From: an uncultured delta proteobacterium
Lineage (GTDB): Bacteria > Desulfobacterota > Binatia > Binatales > Binataceae
Assembly: GCA_963842085.1 (NCBI GenBank)
Contig: CAWJET010000002.1
Span: 320,001 to 384,000 of the forward strand
Direction: 5' to 3'
Length of the DNA stretch: 64,000 nt
The notes beneath the pieces are model-generated. The model was not told the origin of the DNA. It made no database searches and saw only the letters and a list, made by a program, of their open reading frames with translations. The position numbers and the translations under genes were made by a program. Below are positions 41,214-51,099 of this stretch, one piece after another; the first letter of the stretch is position 1; each line of letters opens with the position of its first letter.

Positions 41214-41933
41214 TCAATCTTCCAGAAGATCTTCGCGTATGATCGCCAGCTCGGCGGCGTTGAGGCCGATCACTTCGCGCATGAAGCCTTCGATGCCGCC
41301 GTTTTCGTCGATTAGTTCGAAGACTGGATCGAGTTGCTCCGCCGCCAGCGGGATCTTGCTGAAGACCACGTTGCTTTCGAGGAAATCGGCGACGATTCGA
41401 TCGCGTTCGACCCCGAGCATCGACAGCAGCATCGCGGCGCCGACTCCGGTGCGGTCGCGGCCGGCGGAACAGTGAAAAAGCAGGGGGTAAACGTCGCGCT
41501 CGGCGAGCAGCTTGAAGAAGCGGCGCCAGTCGTGCCGGAAGTGCATCACGAGCGCCAGGTGTTCGCGGCCGGGTTCCGGGGCTACGCGCGTGTAGCCCTG
41601 GTCGTTGAACCATTCGTCGCCCATCGGAATGTGTTCCCATCGCACGCCGCGGCGCGCGGCCGGCTGGGGCGCGCCAAGGTGTTTGACTTCGGCGCGGCTC
41701 TGGAGGGTGACGAGGGTGCGAAGTCTGAGCTGGCTGATGGGACTCTCGGGCGGTACTTCGGCGAGATGCGACGAGCGGAATACCAACCCGCTGCGGACAC
41801 GGCGGCGATTGGCGACGGGATGTCCTCCGAGGTCGCGGAAATTTTGCGCGGCGAAACTGCGGAGCAGCTCGAAGTCGACGACGACCCGCGGCTTTTCGGG
41901 TGCGTCTTCGGTCCTGTTCCTATTCTTCGGCAA
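41214..41933 (-). CDS. Protein tyrosine/serine phosphatase (Y_phosphatase3-like)
   Basis: NFRDLGG, FRS, P-loop HCSAGRDRTG, DFLESN; start uncertain. Confidence 0.88.
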   Translation of the reverse strand: MPKNRNRTEDAPEKPRVVVDFELLRSFAAQNFRDLGGHPVANRRRVRSGLVFRSSHLAEVPPESPISQLRLRTLVTLQSRAEVKHLGAPQPAARRGVRWEHIPMGDEWFNDQGYTRVAPEPGREHLALVMHFRHDWRRFFKLLAERDVYPLLFHCSAGRDRTGVGAAMLLSMLGVERDRIVADFLESNVVFSKIPLAAEQLDPVFELIDENGGIEGFMREVIGLNAAELAIIREDLLED

Positions 41934-42034
41934 GAGAGTTTCAGTTTAACAGGGCTCGCGGCCTCGACCAAAAGAAAGCCGCGTGAGGTTCCACGGCTTT
42001 GCTCGCGCTGACGAAAGAGGTAGGAACGAATTTA

Positions 42035-43450
42035 ATGACGGCGAACACTCATGCGATTGTTATTGGCGGGAGCATGGCGGGGCTTTGCGCTGCGCGCGTC
42101 CTCAGCAAGTTTTACGACAAAGTCACCGTGATCGATCGCGATGCTTATCCGGCCGGGGCGCATGAGCGGCCCGGCGTTCCGCAGAGCAGGCATGTTCATG
42201 CGCTGCTGATGCGCGGGCGGCTCGAGCTCGACCGCCTGTTCCCGGGTTTCGAGAAGACGATGCTGGAGCGCGGCGCGCTCGAGATAAATTTTGGCCGCGA
42301 CTTCGCTGCGCTCAGACCGGACGGATGGGCCGAGCGGCGTCCGAACTCGATAACGACGCTGTTCGCGAGCCGCGTGCTGATCGAGGCGACGGTGCGCGAG
42401 CTGATTCGCCGAATTCCAAACGTCGAGCTGATCGAACGGGCCGAAGCGGTCGGCTTCGAGACGGTGCGCGGCGATTCGATTCGGGTCAGCGGAGTAAAGG
42501 TGAATCCGCGCGACGGCGGCGCAGCGTTCACGCTGAGCGGCGACCTGGTCGTCGATGCGAGCGGGCGCGCAACCAAAATTCCGTCGTGGATCGACGCGAT
42601 GGGCTTGCCGACGCCGCCCGAGACCGTGGTCGATTCGCATACCGGGTACGCGTCGCGATGGTACAAGGTGAATCCCGAGCGGCGCCCGAAGGATTGGTGG
42701 TGGAAAGGAATCTGGATCGATCCGATCGCGGAGGATTTCCTGACCGCCGGCGTGGTGTTTCCGGTCGAGCACAATCGAATGATCGTGACGATGGCGGGAA
42801 TCGGCGGCCATTATCCGCCGAGCGACGAGGACGGGTTCACCGCGCAACTCGCGCAACTGCGCTCGCCGATTATCGCCGAGGAAGTCGCGCTGGCGGAACC
42901 GATGTCGCAGGTTTATTCGTACCGGCAGATGGCGAACCGCTGGCGGCATTACGAGAAATGGGGCGCGCGGCTCGACGGCTTCGTCGCGCTCGGCGACTCG
43001 TCGTGCGCGTTCAATCCCGTTTACGGCCAGGGGATGACGTCGGGCGCGTTGTCGGCACTGATACTCGGCGAGTGCCTCGAAAACAACGGCATCAACGACG
43101 CCGAGTTCCCGCGAAAATTCTTCACGGCGCAGGCGCGCTTCCAGGCCGAGCCATGGGGACTCGCGACGGGCTCCGACTTCAGAGTTCCGGGCACCGAAGG
43201 CAAACGTCCAATGATCAGCCGCGTGACGGCTCCGCTGCTGGGAAAAATGTTCGAGGTGGCCGGCGACGATCCCGCGATCGGCGACCGGATCGGCGAAGTG
43301 ATCAACATGGTGAAGCCGCCGTCGGCGCTGTTCGAGCCGTCGTTGCTGATGCTGATCGCGAAGGCGTGGTCGCGGCGGCTGATCAAGGGGCGAAGGCGGG
43401 AGAAGGAGGCGACGGCGATGCCGCCGCTGGCGCTGGGGGCCGAGGGGTAG
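42035..43450 (+). CDS. FAD-dependent oxidoreductase/monooxygenase
   Basis: IGGSMAGL, RPGVPQSRHVH, DLVVDASGR, LGDSSCAFNPVYGQGMT. Confidence 0.88.
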   Translation: MTANTHAIVIGGSMAGLCAARVLSKFYDKVTVIDRDAYPAGAHERPGVPQSRHVHALLMRGRLELDRLFPGFEKTMLERGALEINFGRDFAALRPDGWAERRPNSITTLFASRVLIEATVRELIRRIPNVELIERAEAVGFETVRGDSIRVSGVKVNPRDGGAAFTLSGDLVVDASGRATKIPSWIDAMGLPTPPETVVDSHTGYASRWYKVNPERRPKDWWWKGIWIDPIAEDFLTAGVVFPVEHNRMIVTMAGIGGHYPPSDEDGFTAQLAQLRSPIIAEEVALAEPMSQVYSYRQMANRWRHYEKWGARLDGFVALGDSSCAFNPVYGQGMTSGALSALILGECLENNGINDAEFPRKFFTAQARFQAEPWGLATGSDFRVPGTEGKRPMISRVTAPLLGKMFEVAGDDPAIGDRIGEVINMVKPPSALFEPSLLMLIAKAWSRRLIKGRRREKEATAMPPLALGAEG

Positions 43451-43472
43451 GAAAGGGGAAGGGTAGATCACT

Positions 43473-43538
43473 TTATTTAACGGGAGTGTACGCTTTTGGA
43501 CTTGATACAGTCCAAAAGCGTACACTTCCGTTATTTAA
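43473..43538. mobile_element. MITE-like 50-bp palindrome flanked by 8-bp direct repeats
   Basis: TTATTTAA | CGGGAGTGTACGCTTTTGGACT-TGATAC-AGTCCAAAAGCGTACACTTCCG | TTATTTAA. Confidence 0.6.
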
Positions 43539-43763
43539 TGTGAAACCCATCCCGGGTTTCACGCTTCCTTGGGCAGGGTGACCCCTGCACCCGGTGTAAA
43601 GAAAGAATAGATACGGGACTTCGTCCTGTTAAAACCAGGATGAGCTTCGTGCGATTGTGGTTGCTCCAACAAGAGCTCAACTCGACCCACCGCGGATTTC
43701 GGCGGATAGTGACTCGGTGAAGCAGTAGACTGTCGAGGCGCTAGCGCCGTGGAGATATAAGTC

Positions 43764-44021
43764 GTGCAAGAGAAAATTAAAGTTGGATTCCAGGCTTTCA
43801 CTTCCGACGGAGGCGAGGAGTTCGGCGCCGTTCGGCAGGTTGCTCCGGGCGGACGGCCCGAGCTGGTGATCTACGTCGAGAATGCCGGCGATTTCACGGT
43901 CCCGCTCAGCGCGGTGGAAGCGGTGCATTCGGAGAAAGTTGTGTTCAACTGCGCGAAGCTCGATCGCATGCTACGGCAGGCGATCGGGCATGCGCATGAC
44001 GCGGAAAAGCCGGGCGCTTAA
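43764..44021 (+). CDS. Small hypothetical protein (PRC-barrel/DUF2171-like)
   Basis: GGAG RBS; IKVGFQAFTSDGGEEFGAV..VPLSAVEAVHSEKVV. Confidence 0.7.
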   Translation: MQEKIKVGFQAFTSDGGEEFGAVRQVAPGGRPELVIYVENAGDFTVPLSAVEAVHSEKVVFNCAKLDRMLRQAIGHAHDAEKPGA

Positions 44022-44035
44022 AAACCTGGGGCCAT

Positions 44036-45694
44036 TTAGGCGCGGCGGCGGGAGGTGCGGCTTTCGACGAGGCGGCGGGCGGCTTCGCCGATTGCGCCTG
44101 CGCGATGCCATCGCGAGTACTCTTCGACCGTCAGGCCGTGGGCCAGTTCCAGGGCGACCGACAGTCCCGCGAGCACGAAGACTTCGCCGAGAACGCTGAT
44201 GCGCGGTGCGAGCCCCAAGCCGCCGCCCTCGTTGCGGACCGGGACGTGGATGACGAGGTCGGCGAGCTGGGCGAGGCTCGAATCCTTGTTGCCGGTGATT
44301 GCGATCAGTTGCGCGCCCTGCTCGCGAATGGCGGTCGCGGTGGAGAGCAATTCGTCGGTGCTGCCGCTGTTGGAGATCGCGATTACGACGTCGCGCGGAT
44401 GCACCTGGCCGAGGCTGCCGTGCAGTGTTTCAGTCGCGTGCAGAAAAGTCGCGGGCGTGCCGACCGAGCAGAACACGCTCGCGGCGTAGCGGGCGACGTG
44501 CTCGGGCTTGCCGACTCCCGTCACGTGGACGCGCCCGCCGCGGCCAAGGGCGGTGCGGATAGTCTCGACGGCGCGCGAGATGGCGGCGATGTTCAAGCCG
44601 CCGCGCAGCGCGGCAAGCTCGGCGAGGGCGAGGTCGAAAAATTTTTCGACTTCGCTGGTCGAGTCGCCAATCGCGGCCTCGCGCGGCTCGGCGTCGAGCC
44701 GCGGCGTCGGCAGCGCGAGCGGTTCGGCATAAAGGTCGAGAATTTCCTCGCGCACTTCGAAGCCCGATGGGAACGCGCCCAGGCGCGTGACCGCGACCGC
44801 GCCGGCCGCATTTGCGAGCCGCCCGATCTTGTCCCACGGCATCCCGAGGCGAAGGCCGGCAAAGACGCCGGCGAGGAACGCGTCGCCTGCGCCGGTGGAG
44901 TCGACCTGCTTGACCTTGAAGGCGGGCACGCGAACGGAAGTGTCGCGGGCCGCGATCGAGCATCCCTTGTCGCCCTCGGTAATGATGACGGCGCGATTGC
45001 CGTAGCGGGCGCGAATCGCCTCCGCCATCTTCAGCGTGTCGCGGCCGTTGCCCGTGACGATTTGTCGAGCGGCTGCTTTCGAGGGCCTGAGCCAGGTCGC
45101 GAGTTTCAACGCGCGCTCGAGTTCGGCGCGCGTGCCGAGCGATCCGATAGCGTCGGAGGGCGGCACGTCAACGTCGAGAATCGTCGGGATGGAATGGGTG
45201 CGCGCGAAAAGCAGAATCGCGAGCACGGTGCGCAGCGGGAGCTGCGAAATTTCAGTCGAGACGAGGTTGGCGCGGCGGATGAACGCGCCGTGGCGGCTGC
45301 GGACCTCGGCGGGAGTGAGCTCGCCGGTCGCGCCGCGCGCCATGTAGATGGCGCGGTCGCCGGCGGCGTCGACGAAGATGGTCGCGAACGCGCTGGCGGT
45401 GCCGTCGAAGGTCAGGTGATGGCGGATGCCGAGGCGATCCATGCCGTCGCGGAGGAACTCGCCGTTGCGATCGTCGCCCATCTTGCCGAAGATGCCGGTC
45501 TTGAGGCCGAGGATTCGGCCCCATCCGAGATGGTTCAGGACGAGGCCGCCGACCTGGGTGCGTTCGATGGCGGCGCTGGCGGTATGCGGGCGGAGCAGGA
45601 TTTTTTCGTCGGCGCGGATAATCCGCGGCGTGCGGTAGAACAGGTCGACGACCATGCTGCCGCATCCGACGACGTCGAGTTTTTCTTCAGCCAT
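44036..45694 (-). CDS. PfkB-family carbohydrate kinase fused to a KdsD/GutQ-like SIS sugar-phosphate isomerase
   Basis: PfkB signature VDSTGAGDAF and GKMGDDRNG; SIS GVGKPEHVA..GTPATFLH..HGSLG, ISNSGST; ATG overlaps the upstream stop. Confidence 0.88.
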   Translation of the reverse strand: MAEEKLDVVGCGSMVVDLFYRTPRIIRADEKILLRPHTASAAIERTQVGGLVLNHLGWGRILGLKTGIFGKMGDDRNGEFLRDGMDRLGIRHHLTFDGTASAFATIFVDAAGDRAIYMARGATGELTPAEVRSRHGAFIRRANLVSTEISQLPLRTVLAILLFARTHSIPTILDVDVPPSDAIGSLGTRAELERALKLATWLRPSKAAARQIVTGNGRDTLKMAEAIRARYGNRAVIITEGDKGCSIAARDTSVRVPAFKVKQVDSTGAGDAFLAGVFAGLRLGMPWDKIGRLANAAGAVAVTRLGAFPSGFEVREEILDLYAEPLALPTPRLDAEPREAAIGDSTSEVEKFFDLALAELAALRGGLNIAAISRAVETIRTALGRGGRVHVTGVGKPEHVARYAASVFCSVGTPATFLHATETLHGSLGQVHPRDVVIAISNSGSTDELLSTATAIREQGAQLIAITGNKDSSLAQLADLVIHVPVRNEGGGLGLAPRISVLGEVFVLAGLSVALELAHGLTVEEYSRWHRAGAIGEAARRLVESRTSRRRA

Positions 45695-46829
45695 TGCGCC
45701 CCGCAGATTGTCGTTCCGCTGCCGGCGCGCGTCCGGCGGGCGAATCGTATTCGCTGACCCATCCGCGCTCAAGCATCTCGGCGTTGCGCTCGCGCAGCGC
45801 GGCGAACCGTGTAGAGAATTCGCGGCGCTCGAAGTCGCTCAGCGGCGGCGTGCCCGCCGCTACTGCGTCGCTGTCGATGACGCCGAGTTCCTTGAGCGAC
45901 GCCTTGAGCGTTGCGATGGTCGGCCGATAGGCCTTAGCACCGCGCTTGAACGTGCACGCGATGCGAAATTCCTCGATCGCGCCGGCGTACAAGCGCATCA
46001 ACTCGACGTCGCCCGAGCGGCAGACCTGCCATGCGCGCTGCCATTCGCGGGGCATCGCGTTGGCCGGCCCGGCGACGACGCCGTAGGGGCGCGTGCGCTG
46101 AGTGAGGTAGCGGTTCCAATAATGGCGCATGCGATCGCCGACGCCTTCAGGCGGGGCGAACAAGTCGAAGATGAGGTAGGCGTTGCCGGCGTAGATGGCG
46201 AATTCGTGGCCCGCCTTGAAGTGCGACGCGGCGCGCGTGTAGTTGCCGATGACGGTTTTGCTCGCAGTGACTTTTATTCCGCGCACGTACGGCAGCCGGG
46301 CCATCGCCTTGACGTCGCGCGTGTGCAGGTGCGGTGCCTTGCCGGGCGCGGCGATGTCGGCGTTGTCGTAGAGGAACAGCGGGAGCATGCGGCCCGCGCG
46401 GTTGAAGACGGCGCCGATATCGCGCTCGACGAATTCGGCGGGATGCTCGACGTCGTTAATCGAGAGCGGCGCGAGGACGGCCGCGTCGGCGCCGGCGTGG
46501 AGCGCGTGAGTGAGATTGTCGAGCGTGTCGGCGCGCGTGTGGGCGGTAATGCCGGCCCATGCTTCGATTTTTTTGGCGGCGGACGCGCGCGCGCGGCGGC
46601 ATTCCTCGATCGCGATGCGTGCGACCGCCTGGCGGCGCGGGTTGTCGATGCGATCCCATTCGCCGGTGGTGCCGGCCGCAAAGATGATGTCGGCGCCGGC
46701 TCCGTCCTGGAGCGCATAGCGAACGACGGCGCGCTGCTGGTCTTCGAGGATGCGGCCGCGAGCGTCGAGAATCGCGACGATCGGGACCGAAAGCCCCGGG
46801 CGCGGGATGTAGTCGTCGAGCGAATTCAC
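45687..46829 (-). CDS. DHDPS/NAL-family class I aldolase-like protein
   Basis: AGTTGE, GADAAVLAP, LFLYDN (catalytic Tyr), GIKVT (Schiff-base Lys); probable GTG start at 46829. Confidence 0.8.
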   Translation of the reverse strand: MNSLDDYIPRPGLSVPIVAILDARGRILEDQQRAVVRYALQDGAGADIIFAAGTTGEWDRIDNPRRQAVARIAIEECRRARASAAKKIEAWAGITAHTRADTLDNLTHALHAGADAAVLAPLSINDVEHPAEFVERDIGAVFNRAGRMLPLFLYDNADIAAPGKAPHLHTRDVKAMARLPYVRGIKVTASKTVIGNYTRAASHFKAGHEFAIYAGNAYLIFDLFAPPEGVGDRMRHYWNRYLTQRTRPYGVVAGPANAMPREWQRAWQVCRSGDVELMRLYAGAIEEFRIACTFKRGAKAYRPTIATLKASLKELGVIDSDAVAAGTPPLSDFERREFSTRFAALRERNAEMLERGWVSEYDSPAGRAPAAERQSAGRNG

Positions 46830-46839
46830 GGCGGCGATC

Positions 46840-47172
46840 CTAGCAGAAGCGGCGGAGGGCTGCTGCCCGCATGGTTCGCGGTACCGGCTGTTTGCCAAGC
46901 TGACAAACTGAGCTGGTGGTGAACATCACGCAATTGGTTTCCGTCGGCATGCGGCCAGCGAAAGTCGATAGAAACGCGCTCCGGCCGGGTTCCGCCGCGG
47001 GCGCGATTGTGACTGATCGAAAAGACCGAAACAGGAAAATCATACCATATGTGGTGGTTTTGGGGCGGCACCCTACCATCGGTGGGTTCGTTCCGTCAAA
47101 AAATATTCTTGTCGGAGCCGGGAGCCGCCCGATTTCTGGCGAGCGCGGCGCGTATGGAACATCATTACCCAT
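46840..47172 (-). CDS. Putative leaderless small ORF of element copy B (110 aa)
   Basis: From ATG at 47172: MGNDVPY..FDGTNPPMVGCRPKTTTYGM.., sharing the motif with 31634..31831. Translation unproven. Confidence 0.35.
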   Translation of the reverse strand: MGNDVPYAPRSPEIGRLPAPTRIFFDGTNPPMVGCRPKTTTYGMIFLFRSFRSVTIAPAAEPGRSAFLSTFAGRMPTETNCVMFTTSSVCQLGKQPVPRTMRAAALRRFC

Positions 47173-47221
47173 ACGGTATGCGTAGCATATAAGGTCCGAC
47201 CCGGTCAGGCTGAATAGTTCA
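47040..47221 (-). other. Conserved dispersed element, copy B
   Basis: Reverse complements of the four blocks at 47203-47221, 47174-47187, 47087-47101 and 47040-47062. Confidence 0.85.
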
Positions 47222-47260
47222 GCCCTCCCCAAATAGGGTGCCGGTCTGGGCGCGGCGCGG

Positions 47261-47965
47261 CTAGCCGATGCCGAGGCCGAGATCGGTGATGAAGCTCCAA
47301 TGACGCTCGTCGAGCGAGGCGAAGTTCTCGAGCTTCAGCTTGATCGTCAGCTTGTAAGTACCGTCGTCGGAAAGGGCGCCGGTGGGAGGATTCTCGTACC
47401 AGATGCTCTTTTTGCAGACGTCGAGCATCATCTGATCGATTTTAGCCTTGCCGGAGTGCTGCTCGAGGATGAGTTCGGTGAGCTTGCCGCTTTTGTCCAT
47501 GATGGCGGTGATGACGACGGCTTTGAGTTCGGTGGGCAGCCTGGTTCGCGAGATTTCCTCGCTCCTCTCGGCGACAATGAGTCGCGCATATATGCGATCG
47601 AGAATTACGGCGGCAAAATTGCCGAACTTGGCCGCCTTCTCGTTCAGCAGCCGCACGGTGGCGGGATTTCGTTCGGTGCCGACTTCGCGCGAGATGCCGG
47701 GTTCGGCCTCGAAAGTGCGGGGCCCGGCCGAGACGTCGCCGGAATCGTGCAGCAGTCCTTCGCCGCGGGCGGGAACCGCATTGACGGCGGCCAACGAATC
47801 GACGGGGGCGTCGGAGACGGTTGACAAATCGCTCAGCAATTTCGGCTGCGGGCCGGCGCCGGGGGCAGCGGGCGGCGGCTGGTCATTGGCCGCGCATCCG
47901 GCGGCGAGAATTGCGACGGCCAGGAGCAGTGCCGTGAAAAACCGTTTCCGCGGTGGGTATCTCAT
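47261..47965 (-). CDS. Hypothetical lipoprotein with a TonB/TolA-C-like region
   Basis: Lipobox LAAGC; VITAIMDKSGKLTELILEQHSGKAKIDQ resembles a TonB C-terminal fold. Confidence 0.7.
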   Translation of the reverse strand: MRYPPRKRFFTALLLAVAILAAGCAANDQPPPAAPGAGPQPKLLSDLSTVSDAPVDSLAAVNAVPARGEGLLHDSGDVSAGPRTFEAEPGISREVGTERNPATVRLLNEKAAKFGNFAAVILDRIYARLIVAERSEEISRTRLPTELKAVVITAIMDKSGKLTELILEQHSGKAKIDQMMLDVCKKSIWYENPPTGALSDDGTYKLTIKLKLENFASLDERHWSFITDLGLGIG

Positions 47966-49569
47966 TTGGATTTATCCCGCTGACGATCCTTAGCTGAATC
48001 CAAAGCGATGATCGCCGGACGCGCATCATTGTAGTCGGCGACGAAAGCGTCGAAAAGTTCCTCGCCGAATGCGCGCTCCTCGGCGCGAACCTTGTCGTTG
48101 TGTTCCTGCGCGATCGCGTCGCCGATGCGCGCGAGCAGCTCGAGCGTGGGCGAGTAATTCAACCGGGCCGTCACACCGCCGGCGAATTCGTAAGTGCCGT
48201 TGGGCAGCTGGCGCGAGCTGAGCTTTGCGTTCATGCCGCCATTGCCGGTCGCCAGCACGCGCAGAAACTCGCCCGCAATCAGGTCCAGCATCTGATGTAC
48301 TCCGGGCGGCGCGATGAGTTGCGGGACCGCGTCCATCCGGTTGACGAACGTGACGGTGCCGGAATCGCGGCGGTAGTCAGTGGCGAAACCCACGTTGGCC
48401 AGGCCGAAATTCATCTTGAGACTGGTGATATGCCCCGAGGCGAGAGTGCGGTAGCTGCCGTGCGAGATTTCATTGAGCGCGATGCTGTCGCCCGCAGGTT
48501 GCATCGCGGAGTTGAAAGGGGTGAGCAGGCCGTTGCGCAGCATGATGATGAAGTGGATGTGGCCGCGGTCGAACGCCTCGCGCATCCAGTAATTTCCGTG
48601 CGAATCGAGAATCTCGGAGGTCGCCGTCACGGCGGGCACGAGCTTGCGGTAGAAGTCGTAGAGCAGCGGATATTTTTTGAGCGCGTCCTGGCGAACCTCC
48701 GCATCGACATTGAACAGCACGATTGGACCCGCACTCGAGGAGAATTCGTCGAGCAGGTTGTTGAATTTGAAATAGTGATCGAACTTCGCCGCCAGATGCG
48801 GCATCTGGCGATGGAACCGGTCGAGCGCGGCGCGGTCATGATGGTTGAACGCGCCGGGCGCGGAATCCCACGGCGGTTTCAGATCGCCGTGAACCTCGCG
48901 CAACGCTTCGGATGACGCGTCGACCAGCGCGCCGATGCCGTAGGTGTCGATCAACAACTCGCCCGCGAGCGTGCCGGTCACGCTGGAAATGTTGTCGGGA
49001 GTCGAACCGGGCGCGGGCTTCAGGCCGAAGACGCCCGAGAAACGGTCAGGCTCCTCGGGACTGCGCCACTCTTTGACGAGCGTGTACAAATAGTCGGCGT
49101 CGTCGGGCCGTCCCGTGACGCAAATCTCGTGCGTGCCGTCGGGCTGATCGTGCCACGGGATTTCAGGCTTCGAGTAGAGAGCGGCGGCGCGGATCATTGT
49201 CGATTGGCGCGGCGGAAGCTGATCGACGACATCCTGGAGCGAGGGGCCGAGCTTGGGATGGAACGAGATCTTGCGCTGGAAGTCGAGCTGGCGATCGAGG
49301 ATGGCGATCGCACGCGACGCGCGTGCGGGACCGGGCGGTGCGAGATAGATGATTGGCGCGAAGAGGGTTTGACTGTCGGGCGCGAAGCCCTCGCCGGCGG
49401 GAACTTTGGGAGAGGTCAACGCCGGCGGAGGCTTGGCAGGTTGAGAGTTTCGAGCTGGTGCCGGCGCAGAGCCGGACGCGACGGAGGTGGCAATCGCGCA
49501 GATCGTGATTAAAATTGCTGCGAACAAGGTGGCGATAGCGATCCGAAAAGCCCGAAACGGCGGTTGCAG
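47962..49569 (-). CDS. Hypothetical secreted protein
   Basis: C-terminal ~535 aa of ORF 47962..50031; signal-like [18 protein letters not shown]; stop overlaps the next ATG; start unresolved. Confidence 0.7.
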   Translation of the reverse strand: MQPPFRAFRIAIATLFAAILITICAIATSVASGSAPAPARNSQPAKPPPALTSPKVPAGEGFAPDSQTLFAPIIYLAPPGPARASRAIAILDRQLDFQRKISFHPKLGPSLQDVVDQLPPRQSTMIRAAALYSKPEIPWHDQPDGTHEICVTGRPDDADYLYTLVKEWRSPEEPDRFSGVFGLKPAPGSTPDNISSVTGTLAGELLIDTYGIGALVDASSEALREVHGDLKPPWDSAPGAFNHHDRAALDRFHRQMPHLAAKFDHYFKFNNLLDEFSSSAGPIVLFNVDAEVRQDALKKYPLLYDFYRKLVPAVTATSEILDSHGNYWMREAFDRGHIHFIIMLRNGLLTPFNSAMQPAGDSIALNEISHGSYRTLASGHITSLKMNFGLANVGFATDYRRDSGTVTFVNRMDAVPQLIAPPGVHQMLDLIAGEFLRVLATGNGGMNAKLSSRQLPNGTYEFAGGVTARLNYSPTLELLARIGDAIAQEHNDKVRAEERAFGEELFDAFVADYNDARPAIIALDSAKDRQRDKSK

Positions 49570-49641
49570 CGGGCGAATTGTGCGAGATACCTTGCGATGG
49601 TATCCTGCAACGCAATAGGCAAAAGAGTTCGAGAAGTAAAA

Positions 49642-49881
49642 ATGAAACTTGGAATCCATCCCGAATACCGTCGCTGCACCGTTATCTGCGCGTGCGGCAA
49701 CACCTTCGAAACGCGCTCGACGCTCAAGGAGCTTCACGTCGAGGTCTGCTCGAAATGCCATCCTTTTTACACTGGCACGCAACGCCTGGTCGATACCGCG
49801 GGGCGGGTCGAGCGGTTCAATCGCAAGTACGGCATCAAGAAGCCGGCGGAAAAGACGGCGGAAACCGCCGCCGAGAAGTAG
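49642..49881 (+). CDS. rpmE: 50S ribosomal protein L31 (Zn-binding type)
   Basis: [33 protein letters not shown]. Confidence 0.97.
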   Translation: MKLGIHPEYRRCTVICACGNTFETRSTLKELHVEVCSKCHPFYTGTQRLVDTAGRVERFNRKYGIKKPAEKTAETAAEK

Positions 49882-50009
49882 CATAGCAACTCCCGCCGCC
49901 TGCGGTGCTCGATGCACCCGGGTGCGCGGGGGAGAATCGATCGGCACGGCCATCGCGGCCGCGCCGTTTTTGTTTCCGGGCGAATTTTCGGAGCCGTGCA
50001 CGAAGGGCG

Positions 50010-51071
50010 ATGCTGGATAAGGCAAGTGCAATAGAAGAGCGGGTCGCGGAACTCGAGCGCAAGCTCAGCGATCCGGCCACGCTCGGCAATCAGCGCGAAT
50101 ATGCGCGGCTCGCCAAGGAGCGCTCGCAGCTGTCCGAAGCGGCGCATTGCGCGCGCGAATATATACGCGTTGCGGACGAGATCGCGGGGCACAAGGCGAT
50201 ACTCGACGGCGACGACGCCGAGCTGCGCGAACTTGCCAAGGCCGAGATGCCGGCGCTGCAGAAAAATCTCGCCGCGCTCGAAGACAAGCTCAAGGAACTG
50301 CTGACGCCGCGCGATCCCAACGACGAGAAGAACGTGATTCTCGAAATCCGCGCCGGCACCGGCGGCGAAGAGGCGTCGCTGTTTGCCGGCGACCTGTACC
50401 GGATGTACACGCGCTACGCCGAGCGGCATGGATTCAAGATCGAGGCGCTCAGCCTGAGCGAGACCGGGCTTGGCGGAATCAAGGAAGTTATCGCGCTCGT
50501 CAGCGGCCGCGGGGCATACTCGCGGCTCAAGTACGAAGGCGGGGTGCATCGCGTGCAGCGGGTGCCCGAGACCGAAGGGTCGGGGCGCATCCACACCTCG
50601 GCCGTCACGGTGGCGGTGATGCCGGAAGCCGACGACGTCGAAGTCAACATCAACGAGGCCAAGGACCTCCGGATCGATGTAATGCGCGCGTCGGGACCGG
50701 GCGGGCAGAGCGTCAACACGACGGACTCGGCGGTGCGAATCACGCATATTCCGAGCGGGATGGTGATAATCTGCCGCGACGAAAAATCGCAGCACAAGAA
50801 CAAGGCGCGCGCGCTGAAGATCCTCCGCGCGCGGCTGCTGGAGCAGGCGCAGGCCGAGCAGCAGGCGAAAATCGCGCAGACGCGGCGCTCGATGGTCGGG
50901 ACGGGTGACCGCTCGGAGCGCATCCGCACCTACAATTTTCCGCAATCGCGGGTGACCGACCATCGCGTCAACCTGACGATTCATCAGCTCGACAGTTTTC
51001 TCGACGGCGATATCGATCCGATCATCAACGCGCTGGCGGCCTACGACCAGGAGCAGGCGCTCAGCGCGTGA
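50010..51071 (+). CDS. prfA: Peptide chain release factor 1
   Basis: EIRAGTGGEEA, HRVQRVPETE (PxT), GPGGQSVNTTDS, ERIRTYNFPQ. Confidence 0.97.
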   Translation: MLDKASAIEERVAELERKLSDPATLGNQREYARLAKERSQLSEAAHCAREYIRVADEIAGHKAILDGDDAELRELAKAEMPALQKNLAALEDKLKELLTPRDPNDEKNVILEIRAGTGGEEASLFAGDLYRMYTRYAERHGFKIEALSLSETGLGGIKEVIALVSGRGAYSRLKYEGGVHRVQRVPETEGSGRIHTSAVTVAVMPEADDVEVNINEAKDLRIDVMRASGPGGQSVNTTDSAVRITHIPSGMVIICRDEKSQHKNKARALKILRARLLEQAQAEQQAKIAQTRRSMVGTGDRSERIRTYNFPQSRVTDHRVNLTIHQLDSFLDGDIDPIINALAAYDQEQALSA

Positions 51072-51099
51072 GCGCGGTCATGAAGCGCGTAGCACGGTT

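Noticed and set aside
49660-50031. N-terminal extension of ORF 47962..50031
   Set aside because: Antisense to rpmE and the start of prfA.
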